A DNA stretch of 64,000 bases. Origin: Trueperaceae bacterium. GTDB lineage: Bacteria > Deinococcota > Deinococci > Deinococcales > Trueperaceae. This document shows, piece by piece, positions 27,276 through 37,841 of the stretch. The position numbers and the translations under genes are program-made. The stretch covers positions 2,816,001 to 2,880,000 of the forward strand of contig OZ243927.1 in NCBI GenBank assembly GCA_965213925.1, in the 5' to 3' direction. Position 1 is the first letter of the stretch, and every line of letters begins with the position of its first letter. The notes beneath the pieces are model-generated. The model searched no databases. It was not told the origin of the DNA and saw only the letters and a program-made list of their open reading frames with translations.

Positions 27276-28636
27276 TGCGTATTGCGGTCATCGGCGGCGG
27301 CATCTCCGGTCTCACAGCGGCTTATTACCTCTCTAAGCGTCCCGGCTTAGACATTACTGTGCTCGAGTCCTCCCCCCAGCTAGGCGGTAAACTAGGCGTC
27401 AGCACCCCGCAAGGCTACACGGTGGACTGGGCGGCGAACGGCTTTCTCACCAACGTCACCGAGACGTTGGAGCTGGCGCAGGATTTAGGTTTAGCGGACG
27501 AGTTAGAGCCTGCTTCTGAGGCGGCGAAGTACCGCTTTCTCTTCAAGAATGGTGAGCTTAAGCCTTTACCTCTTTTACCGCCGACCTTTTTCAAGTCCAA
27601 CCTCTTGACGCCCGCAGGCAAGGTGAGGGCAACGCTAGAGCCCCTCCTAGGCAGACACGTCAAGGCTGAGGAGAGCGTTTACGACTTCTTAAAGCGGCAC
27701 TTTGGAGGACAGTTCGCTAGAGTGTTTGCGGGACCGTTTACGTTAGGGATTACTTCGGGGGACGCTAAGGAACTCAGCTTAGACGCGCTCTTCCCGCGCT
27801 TTCGGGACTTGGAGCGTGAGCACGGGAGCTTAATCCGCGGAATGATAGCGGCGCAAAGAAGAGCGAAGGCGGAGAATAAACCTAAAAGCCGTCTGACGAG
27901 CTTTCGCTCAGGTGGTAGCAATAGACTCATTCATGCGTTAGGTGACGCGCTCGGAGAGCGGGTGCGGCTTGGTGTCGGGGTGGAGAGGCTCGAGCCTCAA
28001 CCTAGAGGCTACGCCCTCACGCTCTCGTCCGGTGAAACGTTGGACGCGAACGCGGTTATCTTGGCGACGCCTGCTTATGTCTCGGCGGAGCTTGTTAGCG
28101 TATTTGCACCCACCGCCTCGAGCGAACTAGGGCGAATCTCTTACGCCGACGTGCAGGTCTTCGGGCTCGGTTATGACCGTGCGGACGTGCCTAACGCGCT
28201 AGAGGGCTTCGGCTTTCTCGTACCGAGGGGTGAAGGGCTGCGCGTATTGGGCGTACTTTACGGGTCGTCGATCTTTCCAAGTCAAGCGCCTGCAGGAAAG
28301 GTGTTGCTGCGCGTGATTGCGGGCGGGAGTGTGGACCCGGAGTTTTCGAAGTTGTCCGAAGAGGCGATGCTCGAGGTCGTCAGGTGCGACTTAGAGATTA
28401 GTTTGGGTATCACCGCTGAGCCGGAGATGGTCAAACATATTCCCTGGTCTAAAGGGATTCCGCAGTACAAACTCGGTCACGGCGTTCGCGTCAAGACCAT
28501 CATGCAAGAGATGAGGTCGCAGCCGGGGCTCTACCTTACGGGCAATGCTTACTACGGCGTCGGTGTAAACGACTGCGTGCGGGACGCGAAGCGGGTCGCG
28601 GAGACCCTTTTAGAGGCGCTCAGAGAGGAACGTTAG
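27275..28636 (+). CDS. hemY: HemY-type proto/coproporphyrinogen oxidase
   Basis: IAVIGGGISGL, GFGFLVP, IPQY..GH, GNAYYGVGVNDCV. Confidence 0.93.
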   Translation: MRIAVIGGGISGLTAAYYLSKRPGLDITVLESSPQLGGKLGVSTPQGYTVDWAANGFLTNVTETLELAQDLGLADELEPASEAAKYRFLFKNGELKPLPLLPPTFFKSNLLTPAGKVRATLEPLLGRHVKAEESVYDFLKRHFGGQFARVFAGPFTLGITSGDAKELSLDALFPRFRDLEREHGSLIRGMIAAQRRAKAENKPKSRLTSFRSGGSNRLIHALGDALGERVRLGVGVERLEPQPRGYALTLSSGETLDANAVILATPAYVSAELVSVFAPTASSELGRISYADVQVFGLGYDRADVPNALEGFGFLVPRGEGLRVLGVLYGSSIFPSQAPAGKVLLRVIAGGSVDPEFSKLSEEAMLEVVRCDLEISLGITAEPEMVKHIPWSKGIPQYKLGHGVRVKTIMQEMRSQPGLYLTGNAYYGVGVNDCVRDAKRVAETLLEALREER

Positions 28637-29398
28637 GAGCTGCCGCCACGCCCTCCCTTGTGCGCCGCCTGCTTCGGTAGGGTCGGACGCGCTCACGAAG
28701 GCGTGACCGACGCCCTCGTAAATCGTAACTTCGTGCGGCACGTTCGCCTCCTCTAGCGCTGCCCCGAACGCCCTCACGCTTTCAACCGAAATCATGCCGT
28801 CCTCTGCGCCGAATACGCCGAGGACGGGACCGGGTAGGGTGCGGAGCCGGGCAACGTCCGTCACTCTGTCGCCGTAAAAGTCACCCGTCGCCGCGATATC
28901 GTCGTTATGAAAGCTGTATTCGAGCGCCACCCCGCCGCCGTAGCAAAAGCCGATGATGGCGGTGCGTTCGGGGTCAACCCCTCCCTGCTCGGTAAGCCAG
29001 TTGTAAACCGCGTCCACATCTGTATTGACCTGCTCTTGCGGCGTGCGCACGGTTTGATAAATGGCGGTGGGAATCCAGGTCGTGCTGCGTCCTCTAAAGG
29101 TGTCGGGGGCGACGACGACGTAGCCCTCTTGCGCCAACGTCTCGGCTTTGCCCGTGATGTCCTCGCGCAAGCCCCAAAACTCGTGGATCATGATGACGGC
29201 GGGGAAGGGTCCCGCTCCTTCGGGGCGAGCGACAAAGGCGGCGACGTCGGGTCCGTCAGGATTAGGGATTTGCACGTTCGTAATCGCCCCTACGTCGCCG
29301 CTCACCCACCACCCGAGCGGGATAGAGAGGGCGACACCGCCAACGAGCGCGACAACCGCGACGACGAGACCGGCGATGATTCGTCTGAGTAACTTCAT
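28610..29398 (-). CDS. Dienelactone hydrolase family protein with N-terminal membrane anchor
   Basis: HEFWGL, GFCYGG nucleophile elbow, GAED, GVGHAF. Confidence 0.93.
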   Translation of the reverse strand: MKLLRRIIAGLVVAVVALVGGVALSIPLGWWVSGDVGAITNVQIPNPDGPDVAAFVARPEGAGPFPAVIMIHEFWGLREDITGKAETLAQEGYVVVAPDTFRGRSTTWIPTAIYQTVRTPQEQVNTDVDAVYNWLTEQGGVDPERTAIIGFCYGGGVALEYSFHNDDIAATGDFYGDRVTDVARLRTLPGPVLGVFGAEDGMISVESVRAFGAALEEANVPHEVTIYEGVGHAFVSASDPTEAGGAQGRAWRQLLTFLSERL

Positions 29399-29426
29399 CT
29401 CTCTATTATGACGGTAAACTTGTGTT

Positions 29427-30005
29427 ATGAGCTATAGCGGAGCAGTTTTAGCGGGGGGAGTCTCGAGCCGTTTCGCCAGCAAGCGAAAACCCGAGGACAA
29501 AGCCCTTTTCGTCTACCGGGGTAAACCTCTCGCGGCGTGGGCGCTGGGCAGCTTAGAAGGCGCAAATGAGCGCTTTCTCATCGCCAACCGCGCGTATCCC
29601 TCGTTCGAGGTCCCTGTCTATCCCGACCTCTTGCCGGACGGCGGCAGTTTGAGCGGACTGCACAGCGCGCTTCACCATGCGAAAGAGGACTGGGTCGCGC
29701 TCGCCGCGTGCGACATGCCCTTCTTGACCCCGGCGTTTTGGGCGCATCTCTTAAAGTACCGCCCTGAAGATCCTGGCGACGCGCCCATCGTTATCGGCAA
29801 GGGACCGGGGGCGTCTTTGCAACCGCTCGCGGCGCTCTATCACCGCTCGCTTTTAGAAAAAGTTGAGCACAATATTCAGGCTGAGAGGTTGAGTTTGCAG
29901 CGTTTGGCGCGTGAGAGTGACGCCGTCGTCATCCCCTGGCGAGAGCTGAGTCCGCTCGGCAAGAACCTCTATCTCAACGCAAATCGGAAAGACGACCTGC
30001 CGTAA
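29427..30005 (+). CDS. mobA: Molybdenum cofactor guanylyltransferase
   Basis: VLAGGVSSRF, DKA, GSLSGLHSAL, ACDMPF, QPLAALY, NAN..DDL. Confidence 0.92.
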   Translation: MSYSGAVLAGGVSSRFASKRKPEDKALFVYRGKPLAAWALGSLEGANERFLIANRAYPSFEVPVYPDLLPDGGSLSGLHSALHHAKEDWVALAACDMPFLTPAFWAHLLKYRPEDPGDAPIVIGKGPGASLQPLAALYHRSLLEKVEHNIQAERLSLQRLARESDAVVIPWRELSPLGKNLYLNANRKDDLP

Positions 30006-30007
30006 CT

Positions 30008-31195
30008 TCATTCCCGGCAGAAGATGAGCGCTGTTCCGGTGCCGAATACGAGCGCCGTGCAGGTGAGCATCAACACGCCAGCCCATCCGAAATTGGGTAA
30101 CAGCAGCCCCGGCAAAAACGCGCCCAGACTGCCGCCGATGTAGTAGGTAAAGAGGTAGAGCGAGTTCGCGCCGCCCCGGTCGTGGTCGGCTTGGGTGGCG
30201 ACGAACGAGGTGGCGGTGCTCTGCGTGGCGAAGTTGCCGAAGCAGAGTACGAGCAGCGCGGCGATGAGAAAGAGCGTGTCGGGGACGAGCGTCGTGACGT
30301 TCGCAGCGAGCGCGACGAGCATCCCGAGCGCCATCACGAGTCGGCGGCTGAGGCATTTGGAGAGTCGGCTCGAGAAGGGCGAAGAGAGCAGCCCCGTCGC
30401 GTAGACGAGGTAGATGAGCCCCGTCGCAGAAGGCGAGAAGTTAAAGGGCGGCGCTTCCACGTAAAAAGGCAGGTAGGTAAAAATCGCGATAAAGGCGAAA
30501 AAGAGGCAAAAACCCACGCCCAAACCGCCGAGAATTTGCCGGTTGGAGAGATGCGACAAGAGCCCCTTAAAGGCTTGGCTGAATTTAGACGCGGCGTGAA
30601 AGTGCGTCGAGGGCTGAAGCCGCAGCAGTAGCAAGCCCACGAGCAGCGCCACCCCCGCGCTGAGAACGAACATCCAGCGCCAGCCGAAGAGGTCGGTCAC
30701 GAAACCGCTCAGGATGCGGCTGACGAGTCCGCCGAAGACCGTCGCGCCGATGTAACCCCCGATGAGCGAAGACGAGCGCCCCTCCTCGAACTCCTCGGTG
30801 AGATACGTGACCGTCACCGCGGTGATGCCAGGGACCAAACAGCCCTGTAAAAAGCGCCAGACGAGGAGCGTGGTGAGGTCAGGCGCTAAAGCGCAGAAGA
30901 GCGAGGGGACGCTCAGGAGGAGCGTGCAGCCCACAAGCATCGGCTTGCGCCCGATGCGGTCCGAGAGCGGTCCCATCACGAGCGACGCGCCCGCGATGCC
31001 GAAAATCAGCAGGCTCACCGTTAGACTCACGGCGCTGGGGCTCGCCGAGAGGTCGCGCGCGATAACCGGCAAGACCGCTTGCGGCGTGTACATGGCGATA
31101 AACGCCGCTACGACGGCGGCGTAGAGGAGAAGCGTGTCGAGCCAGCTCGAGGACTGCTTAAATTTTGGCGCTGAAGACACAGACGGCTGGGACAT
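30008..31195 (-). CDS. MFS transporter (YnfM-like)
   Basis: GPLSDRIGRK motif A, GGYIGA..GG..SR, ANSLYLFTYYIGGS; about 12 TM. Confidence 0.92.
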   Translation of the reverse strand: MSQPSVSSAPKFKQSSSWLDTLLLYAAVVAAFIAMYTPQAVLPVIARDLSASPSAVSLTVSLLIFGIAGASLVMGPLSDRIGRKPMLVGCTLLLSVPSLFCALAPDLTTLLVWRFLQGCLVPGITAVTVTYLTEEFEEGRSSSLIGGYIGATVFGGLVSRILSGFVTDLFGWRWMFVLSAGVALLVGLLLLRLQPSTHFHAASKFSQAFKGLLSHLSNRQILGGLGVGFCLFFAFIAIFTYLPFYVEAPPFNFSPSATGLIYLVYATGLLSSPFSSRLSKCLSRRLVMALGMLVALAANVTTLVPDTLFLIAALLVLCFGNFATQSTATSFVATQADHDRGGANSLYLFTYYIGGSLGAFLPGLLLPNFGWAGVLMLTCTALVFGTGTALIFCRE

Positions 31196-31218
31196 AGGCG
31201 AATATAGCAGCAATGATA

Positions 31219-31316
31219 GCAGGTATCATCTGGTTTGAGTGCACGAAGTACGCCGTTAGGCACGCTCGCACTGTTAATAGTGTTGTCTAACACGCACATT
31301 TCAAGATGATGCCTGC
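31219..31316. mobile_element. MITE-like repeat, copy 2
   Basis: GCAGGTATCATC ... GATGATGCCTGC terminal IR; TAGCAGGTATCATCTGGTTTGA identical to reverse complement of the right end of copy 1. Confidence 0.7.
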
Positions 31317-31405
31317 GCTTTTCTGTCTCAGTATGTTGTGGAACTGCAATGAGTTAAAAGCAATGAGCAATGAGTGGAAGACAAAAACTCATCGCTCGTT
31401 GCTCC

Positions 31406-32353
31406 CTACGCAATGTCCTGCCGCGTGAAGCTCCAGACCAAAATGCTAGCGAAGATAAGCCCGTACACCGCCATCACCAGCGCCGAGCGCGTCAAGTCCA
31501 CCGTCAAGAAGTCGGCGAGCGGTCCGCCGATGTCGCCGATGGCGTCTGACCCGAACACTTCGGCAAATTGACCTAGAGGTTGCATGGAGGGCGCGTAGAG
31601 GTTCGTCGAGAAGAAGTAGCGCGGCAAGTCTCGGATCGTGTTTTGAATCTGCAACGCCTCTAACGCCGCGTTGAAGCGGTTTATACGGTCGAAGCCGACC
31701 ACGACGCTGTAGAAGCTATACGCACCCTCTAAAAGCGCCGGTAAGAAAAAGATGCTGACGATGCCTAAAGGCAGGTTGCGAAGGAGCCAAATCATCAGGA
31801 ACGCGAAGAGCATCGCCGTGAGCCCGAAAGTCCATTGCAGGAGGTAGAGCCCCGCCAGCCCCAGCCAGTCCGAGCCGAACGAAGTCGGTAAGAAGAGCAT
31901 CCCGACGCCTCCGAAAAGAAGCCCGCTGACGTAGCTGCCGAGTAGGAGCACGCCGAGGACGATCATCGCGGCGACGAGCTTGCCCGTCAAGACGGTCAGG
32001 CGGCTCGGCTGCGCGGTGAGAACCGTTTTCCACATGTTCTGCGAGCGCTCCTCGCCGATAAAAAGCGCCGCTAAAAGTGCGATCACGATGATGAGCAGGC
32101 TCGGCGAGAGGAGCCCCAAGAGCAGGAGGTTGTTACGCGTAATCGAGACGGGCGAGGCGATAAGTTGCACGATCTCCTGCACGCTCACCGCTTCGTCAGC
32201 GAACGAGCCCGCCACCCGGCTCTGCAAAATCCAGCCGATGAGGAGCAGCAGCGCGGGCACCAAGAGCCACATGAGCCCCGCCATGAGGTACGTGCGGCGT
32301 TTACGCACGGCCTTAAAGACTTCGGCGCGGATGACGTTGGACAGACCGTTCAT
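31406..32353 (-). CDS. ABC-2 type exporter permease
   Basis: IRAEVFK, GEERSQNMWKTVLTAQPSR..VLTGK, FTRQDI C-terminus. Confidence 0.88.
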   Translation of the reverse strand: MNGLSNVIRAEVFKAVRKRRTYLMAGLMWLLVPALLLLIGWILQSRVAGSFADEAVSVQEIVQLIASPVSITRNNLLLLGLLSPSLLIIVIALLAALFIGEERSQNMWKTVLTAQPSRLTVLTGKLVAAMIVLGVLLLGSYVSGLLFGGVGMLFLPTSFGSDWLGLAGLYLLQWTFGLTAMLFAFLMIWLLRNLPLGIVSIFFLPALLEGAYSFYSVVVGFDRINRFNAALEALQIQNTIRDLPRYFFSTNLYAPSMQPLGQFAEVFGSDAIGDIGGPLADFLTVDLTRSALVMAVYGLIFASILVWSFTRQDIA

Positions 32354-32516
32354 TGAGGCTCCTTCGAAATCGCGTTCAGAGCGTGAGCGTCGTATTCAGT
32401 CAGAATCCGGTAGTCAGTGGGGTGCTGAATTCTGACTACTGACACCTGACCCCTGCTTATTGTCTTACTAAGACCCTGTCGCAACAACAGAACCCGTGAA
32501 ACCTCACCGCTGACGT

Positions 32517-33428
32517 TCACTGCGGTCTCCCGTCCTCTTTAAGCAGTTTGAGATAGGCGTCCTCTAAGCTGTCCACTTCGCGCCGCGCTTCGAGTACGTC
32601 CACGCCTTCGGCGGCTAAGCGCGAGAGGAGTTTGGGGGCGTCCTCTAGGGGGACGATGGTCTCTAACCTCTCCCCTTCTAGGTCTTGCACAGGATAATCA
32701 AACCTTTCTAATACGGACTTTAAGACCTCTTTATCGGTCGCTTGAAGCTCATAGCTCGCCTGCCGCTCGTCCAACCGTTTGGTGAGACGCTGCAAGGGTC
32801 CGTCGAACAAGAGCTTACCTCTCTCTACGACCAATACACGCTCGACGAGCTTTTCGATCTCGGCTAAGATGTGGCTCGAGATGAGGATCGTCACGCCTTC
32901 TTGGGCTGTCGCGCGTAAATTCTCGCGGATTTCGGCGATGCCGACGGGGTCCAAGCCGTTCGTCGGCTCGTCTAAGAGCATCACTTTGGGCTTCCACAGG
33001 AGCGCCCGAGCTAAGCCTAAGCGCTGCCGCATCCCCTGCGAGTAGGCGGAGAGCTTTTTATCGGCGGCGTTCTCCATGCGCACGAACTTCAAGACCTCGT
33101 CGATGCGACCCTCCGGCACGCCGCCGTGTAAGAGCGCGGCGTGTTTGAGGTTCGCTCTACCCGTCAAGTAGGGGTAAAAGCTCGGCTCTTCGATCATCGT
33201 GCCGACTTCCAAAAGGCTCGGGCCGGGGGCGCGTCGGTCCAGTATCTTCGAGGAACCGCTCGTCGGGCGGATCAGCCCCGCGAGCATCCGCAGCGTGGTC
33301 GTTTTGCCCGCGCCGTTCGGTCCTAAAAAGCCGACGATCTCCCCCTCTTTGATGTCGAAGCTCATGCTGTCTACCGCGGCTTTGCGCCCGTAGCGTTTGG
33401 TCAGGTCAGTGGCTGAAATCGCGCTCAT
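32517..33428 (-). CDS. ABC exporter ATP-binding subunit (BcrA-like)
   Basis: GPNGAGKT, YSQGMRQR, LLDEPTNGLD, SSH. Confidence 0.95.
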   Translation of the reverse strand: MSAISATDLTKRYGRKAAVDSMSFDIKEGEIVGFLGPNGAGKTTTLRMLAGLIRPTSGSSKILDRRAPGPSLLEVGTMIEEPSFYPYLTGRANLKHAALLHGGVPEGRIDEVLKFVRMENAADKKLSAYSQGMRQRLGLARALLWKPKVMLLDEPTNGLDPVGIAEIRENLRATAQEGVTILISSHILAEIEKLVERVLVVERGKLLFDGPLQRLTKRLDERQASYELQATDKEVLKSVLERFDYPVQDLEGERLETIVPLEDAPKLLSRLAAEGVDVLEARREVDSLEDAYLKLLKEDGRPQ

Positions 33429-33724
33429 GGGTAGCTCCTTATAGCAAGTACGACCTGGAACACGCTCACTCGCGAGCGAGCACGAGGACGGTCCCTGCGG
33501 TTATGTACCGCAGTAAGCCGTGCAACTGTTTAGTCCCCCGCGTTTAGCCCCCCACCAAGCTTACACTCTGCACGCCGCTGCTTGCTGAGCGTACGCGCCA
33601 AGAAGGTTTATCACTAAAGTTATCGCTGCGGCGACCTTCATCTCCTTTTAAGCTGAAGGCGTCTACGGCGCGCTTCGTGACGAACGTAGGGTAATTCACG
33701 TCGGTGGCGCGCTAGGCTTGTGGA

Positions 33725-34816
33725 ATGACATCTCTCGAGTGGCTCACTATCATTCTCGTTTACGCCGCCGCTTACGGCTTATGGTCCGCGCTCGTGCGCT
33801 ACCGCGAAAATGCGCCCTACAGGTCGAAGCGGTCGCGCCGCCTAGTCCGGTTCGGCGTTCTTACGCTCCTTCTCGTCGGTTTAGGCGCGGTCTATAACAG
33901 CGCGTCCGTGCAACGCTTTTTTCAAACAGAATCCCCTGAGACGTCCTCCGTGACGCCTGACACCACAACGGAGCCGGCTGAGGAGCTTGGGAGCGCGTCT
34001 GAGGGATCAGGCGAACAGCCCGCACCGGAAAAGTCCACGTCGGAGGTCGCGGTTCTCGAAACGACGCCGCCTCGAGACCTCGCCGTCGCCGCCTTGCCGA
34101 ACCGAGCCGCGCCGAAAGTCGAGGCAAGTCTGCCCTCTGTCCCACCAGCGCGAACGCAGCGCGCCGCGCCCGCTTCGGACAAAGCTCAGGATGCGTCTAA
34201 GCCCGCAACAGCGCCCCAAACACCTAAACCGTTCAAGATAGAGTTCCAGAGCGACCCCGCCGGCGCGACGCTCTATATTAGCAGCGAGCGTGTGGGCGTC
34301 ACGCCGATCGAACTCTCCTTAGCCGAGGACGAGCCGCTCCTCTACACGCTCCGCGCCGAAGAGGGCGTAGCGAACTACCGGCTTTACCACCCCTACTCGA
34401 ACACGCTGACGCTGACGAGGGACACCTCACTGAGTGTCTGGCTCGAGCGCCTGAACCGTGAAGAGGCTGCCGCCTTGCAGGAACGGCAGCGCCGAAAAGA
34501 CCTAGACGCCATTCAGCTTCCGCAGCTAAGCCACGTCAGCGCCGACACGACGCGCTATCAGATCATCACTGGTTGCAGCGAAGGGCTGGACCTCACCTAT
34601 ACGAATAAGGCGCAGCGTGTTGTACAAGAGAGAGGTCGCAAAGACGGTTGGGCTTACGGCTTCGTCCCCAAACCCGGGCAGTTTCTCTACCTCTACGCGC
34701 GAAGCAACTGCGCCTCGGGGTACTTGACGGTGCAACTCGTCCAAAACGGCGAGGTGCTCCAGGAAAACACCGCCACGGGCAAGAACGCGATCGCGACGAT
34801 CAGCACCTATTGGTAG
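33725..34816 (+). CDS. Membrane-anchored PEGA-domain protein with Pro/Ser/Ala linker and C-terminal beta domain
   Basis: Two N-terminal TM segments; FQSDPAGATLYI...VGVTP PEGA signature; C-terminal domain with two Cys. Confidence 0.75.
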   Translation: MTSLEWLTIILVYAAAYGLWSALVRYRENAPYRSKRSRRLVRFGVLTLLLVGLGAVYNSASVQRFFQTESPETSSVTPDTTTEPAEELGSASEGSGEQPAPEKSTSEVAVLETTPPRDLAVAALPNRAAPKVEASLPSVPPARTQRAAPASDKAQDASKPATAPQTPKPFKIEFQSDPAGATLYISSERVGVTPIELSLAEDEPLLYTLRAEEGVANYRLYHPYSNTLTLTRDTSLSVWLERLNREEAAALQERQRRKDLDAIQLPQLSHVSADTTRYQIITGCSEGLDLTYTNKAQRVVQERGRKDGWAYGFVPKPGQFLYLYARSNCASGYLTVQLVQNGEVLQENTATGKNAIATISTYW

Positions 34817-34825
34817 AGCGTTACA

Positions 34826-37615
34826 TTATCCGGTATTGCGCATTCCCGCCGAGACGCCCAATAGACTTACGCGCACCGAGTAGTCCAGCGGGTCCCGTTC
34901 GGGCGCGTCTTCGGGTAGGGCGCGCAGCCTCTTTAAGAGTTCGACCTGCAAGTACGAGATGGGGTCCACGTAGGGATTGCGCAGCTCGATGCCGCGCCGC
35001 AGGGTCGGGTCATGCTCCAAGAGCGACACGCCCGTCGCGCGGCTCACAACGTCGACGGAGCGCCCGTACTCCTCCCTAATCTTCGGCCAGAAGCGCTCTT
35101 TAAGCTCGGCGGGCAAGAGGACTAAGTACGATTCGAAGATGCCCATATCGGCTTTAGCCAGGCTCATCTGCGCAAAGTCGATGACGGTCTTGAAGAAGGG
35201 CCAAGCCTCGTACATGTCACTCAGCGACCCGTCATCCAGTTCCGCTAAGCCTGTGCCCAAACCGTACCAACCTGGCAAGTTGGCGCGGCACTGCGTCCAG
35301 GAGAACACCCAAGGGATGGCGCGGAGGCTCTCTAGGGAGCGCTCACCTTCGCGCCGGGCAGGACGTGAGCCGACCTCTAAACGGCTGATCTCCTCGATCG
35401 GTGTGACTTGGTGGTAGAAGTCCAGAAAGCCTTCCGTTTCTAAAAAGGCGCGGTAGTGCGCCTTAGCCGCCTTTGCCGCGCGGCTCAGCGCCTCTCTATG
35501 TTCACTGCTGACTTCGGGTAAGGTCTCTGGGCGGGCGTCTCTGGCAGACGACAGGATAAAGGCGTGCGTCACTTGCTCTAGGTGGCGGTGCGCCAAGTCG
35601 GGGTCGGCGTAGCGGTCTGAAAGCGCTTCGCCCTGCTCGGTCATGCGCATCCGCCCGCCCAAGGAGCCCGGCGGCTGCGCTAGGATTGCGCGCCCGGCGG
35701 GTCCGCCGCCGCGCCCGATCGAGGTGCCGCGCCCGTGAAAGAGGCGCAGCGGCACGTCCGCTTCGCGGCACACCTCGGCGACGCGCTCTTGCGCTTCGTA
35801 GAGCGCCCAGTTCGCGGCTAAAAAGCCCGCGTCCTTGTTCGAGTCGGAGTAGCCGATCATCACCTCTTGCACGCCCCGCCGCGAGAGGTGTTTTCGGTAC
35901 ACGTCTAGGCTGAAAAGCTGCCGCAAGATGTCCGGCGCGTTTTCCAAGTCCGTCACGGTCTCGAAGAGCGGCGTGATGTCGACATCTGTCACGCCCGCTT
36001 GCTTAGCCAAGATGAGCGGCTCCAAGATGTCGGAGATGCCCGCCGTCATCGAGATGATGTAGCTGCTGAGCGCGTCATCCCCGTAGCGCCGCCCCATCTC
36101 CTTGTAGGTTTCTAAAAAGGTCAGCGCCCGCACGGTCTCGTCCTCTAACGGGGTGCCGGGCGCGGCGAAGGGGCGCGGCGAGGCGAGTTCGCGCGTCAGA
36201 AGCTCGACCTTCTCCTCCTCGCTCAGCGCGCCGTAGTCCCCGCAGACGCCCGCGTGACGCAAGAGGTCAGCCACTGCGCGCTCGTGCATTCCGGAGTGCT
36301 CGCGCAGGTCCAGAGTCGCTAAGTGCGCGCCGAAAACTGCCGCGCGGTAGCGCGCCGGGCGCACGAACGCCTCCGCCGCCCGCCTGCCCTTGTCCGCGCG
36401 GAGCGTGCGCTCGACCAGCGCCAGGTCGCCCAGATAGTCCTGCCCCGCCTCCGGCTGCTCCTCTAACGCGTCTAAAGCGGAGGTGAGCTTGCGGTGCGTC
36501 TCGGAGAGCTTGAGGCGGTAGGGTTCGCCCTCGAAGCGGGACAGCTTAGGGCGAACGTTCTCCAAGCGACCCCTCTCCTCCTCGAAGTCGTCCGTAAGTT
36601 GAACCCTATCGTCCCACTGCGAGAGACGTTGAATAAGCCCGTCCACGTCGTCTACATAGCGCGACAGGGCGACCTCCGTTTGCAGGTCGTACGCCTCTTT
36701 CATCACCTCGGGCGTCACGAACGGGTTGCCGTCGCGGTCGCCGCCGATCCAAGAGCGAAACTTAATGACGGGGGGTAGGGGTTTGGCTTTGCTCGCGCTG
36801 CTCGTGTCGCCCTCTCGTCCGTAGTAGCGCTCTAGTGCGCCCTCTAGCTCGAGCATAAGCCGCGGCACCGTCTCTAGGAGCGAGCGCCGGAAGTAGTAGA
36901 GCGCCGACTTGACCTCATCAAGCACGCTCGGCTTCTGCGCGACGAGTTCGCGCGTCTGCCACAGGGTCGCGATCTCCGCGACGATCTCCTGCTCTTTAAT
37001 CGTGCGGGCTTGCGGCGAGAGGTCGCGCTCGCTCAGTTGGCGCAGCGCGGAGGCGACGCGCTCCAGTTTGAGCCGCACCGTGTAGCGCTTGACCTCGGTC
37101 GGGTGCGCCGTGATGGTGGGCTGGATATCGAGCGCTTCGATGAAGTGCCGCGCTTCGCCGTGTGACCAACCCTGATCTTTGAGCGATTTGACCGCCGCCG
37201 CGACCGACTCCTTGCGGGGCGCGTCGTCGGTCGCTTCGCCCTCGCGCAAGCGGTTGATGCGGACGCGGTGAATCTCTTCGGCCAGGTTGATGAGCTGAAA
37301 AAAAATGGTGAACGCGCGCAGGAGCTTTTCAGCCTCGTCCAAGCTCAGCTCCGAGAGCCGTTTCCTGAGCCTCTCGCGCAGGGCTTCAGCGTCCGGGTTC
37401 GCGCGCAGCTCTTTAGTGAGGTTGCGGACCTCTTCGACTAAATTGTAGAGCCCTTCACCCTCGAGTTCTTGCAGCACCTCCCCGAGTGAGCGCCCTAAAA
37501 AATCCACATCCGCCCGGAGTTGCGCGAAGGCGCGTTTGTAGACGTCTGCACCCTCCGTCGCCTCTTTTCGTGACCTATTTTCAACTACCTTATCTTTAAC
37601 TACAGGATCACTCAT
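34826..37615 (-). CDS. ppc: Phosphoenolpyruvate carboxylase
   Basis: TAHPTE, SWIGGDRDGNP, MIGYSDSNKDAG, FHGRG, LRAIPWVF, MRNTG terminus. Confidence 0.98.
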   Translation of the reverse strand: MSDPVVKDKVVENRSRKEATEGADVYKRAFAQLRADVDFLGRSLGEVLQELEGEGLYNLVEEVRNLTKELRANPDAEALRERLRKRLSELSLDEAEKLLRAFTIFFQLINLAEEIHRVRINRLREGEATDDAPRKESVAAAVKSLKDQGWSHGEARHFIEALDIQPTITAHPTEVKRYTVRLKLERVASALRQLSERDLSPQARTIKEQEIVAEIATLWQTRELVAQKPSVLDEVKSALYYFRRSLLETVPRLMLELEGALERYYGREGDTSSASKAKPLPPVIKFRSWIGGDRDGNPFVTPEVMKEAYDLQTEVALSRYVDDVDGLIQRLSQWDDRVQLTDDFEEERGRLENVRPKLSRFEGEPYRLKLSETHRKLTSALDALEEQPEAGQDYLGDLALVERTLRADKGRRAAEAFVRPARYRAAVFGAHLATLDLREHSGMHERAVADLLRHAGVCGDYGALSEEEKVELLTRELASPRPFAAPGTPLEDETVRALTFLETYKEMGRRYGDDALSSYIISMTAGISDILEPLILAKQAGVTDVDITPLFETVTDLENAPDILRQLFSLDVYRKHLSRRGVQEVMIGYSDSNKDAGFLAANWALYEAQERVAEVCREADVPLRLFHGRGTSIGRGGGPAGRAILAQPPGSLGGRMRMTEQGEALSDRYADPDLAHRHLEQVTHAFILSSARDARPETLPEVSSEHREALSRAAKAAKAHYRAFLETEGFLDFYHQVTPIEEISRLEVGSRPARREGERSLESLRAIPWVFSWTQCRANLPGWYGLGTGLAELDDGSLSDMYEAWPFFKTVIDFAQMSLAKADMGIFESYLVLLPAELKERFWPKIREEYGRSVDVVSRATGVSLLEHDPTLRRGIELRNPYVDPISYLQVELLKRLRALPEDAPERDPLDYSVRVSLLGVSAGMRNTG

Positions 37616-37841
37616 AAGCCATCCTCTCTAATTGAAATGGTATGGGGAGACGTTCGTTGCGGAATAAACGCGTTGCGGAGTAAACGCACAAATGCAACGC
37701 TAAGGTGTATCAATATGCAATCCCTAGACCTCTTAGCGCTACTTTATAACTATGACACGAACGGTGTGCAAAAAACAAATCTTGGGGAAACCAAAAACGA
37801 GAGGCGTTCACGTTTCGACTGCTTCCTGCTTCTGACTACCC

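Noticed and set aside
33561..33641. 26-aa minus-strand ORF (MKVAAAITLV...) upstream of the ABC exporter as a peptide substrate
   Set aside because: The AGGAG abuts the ATG with no spacing, and there is no modification or leader motif
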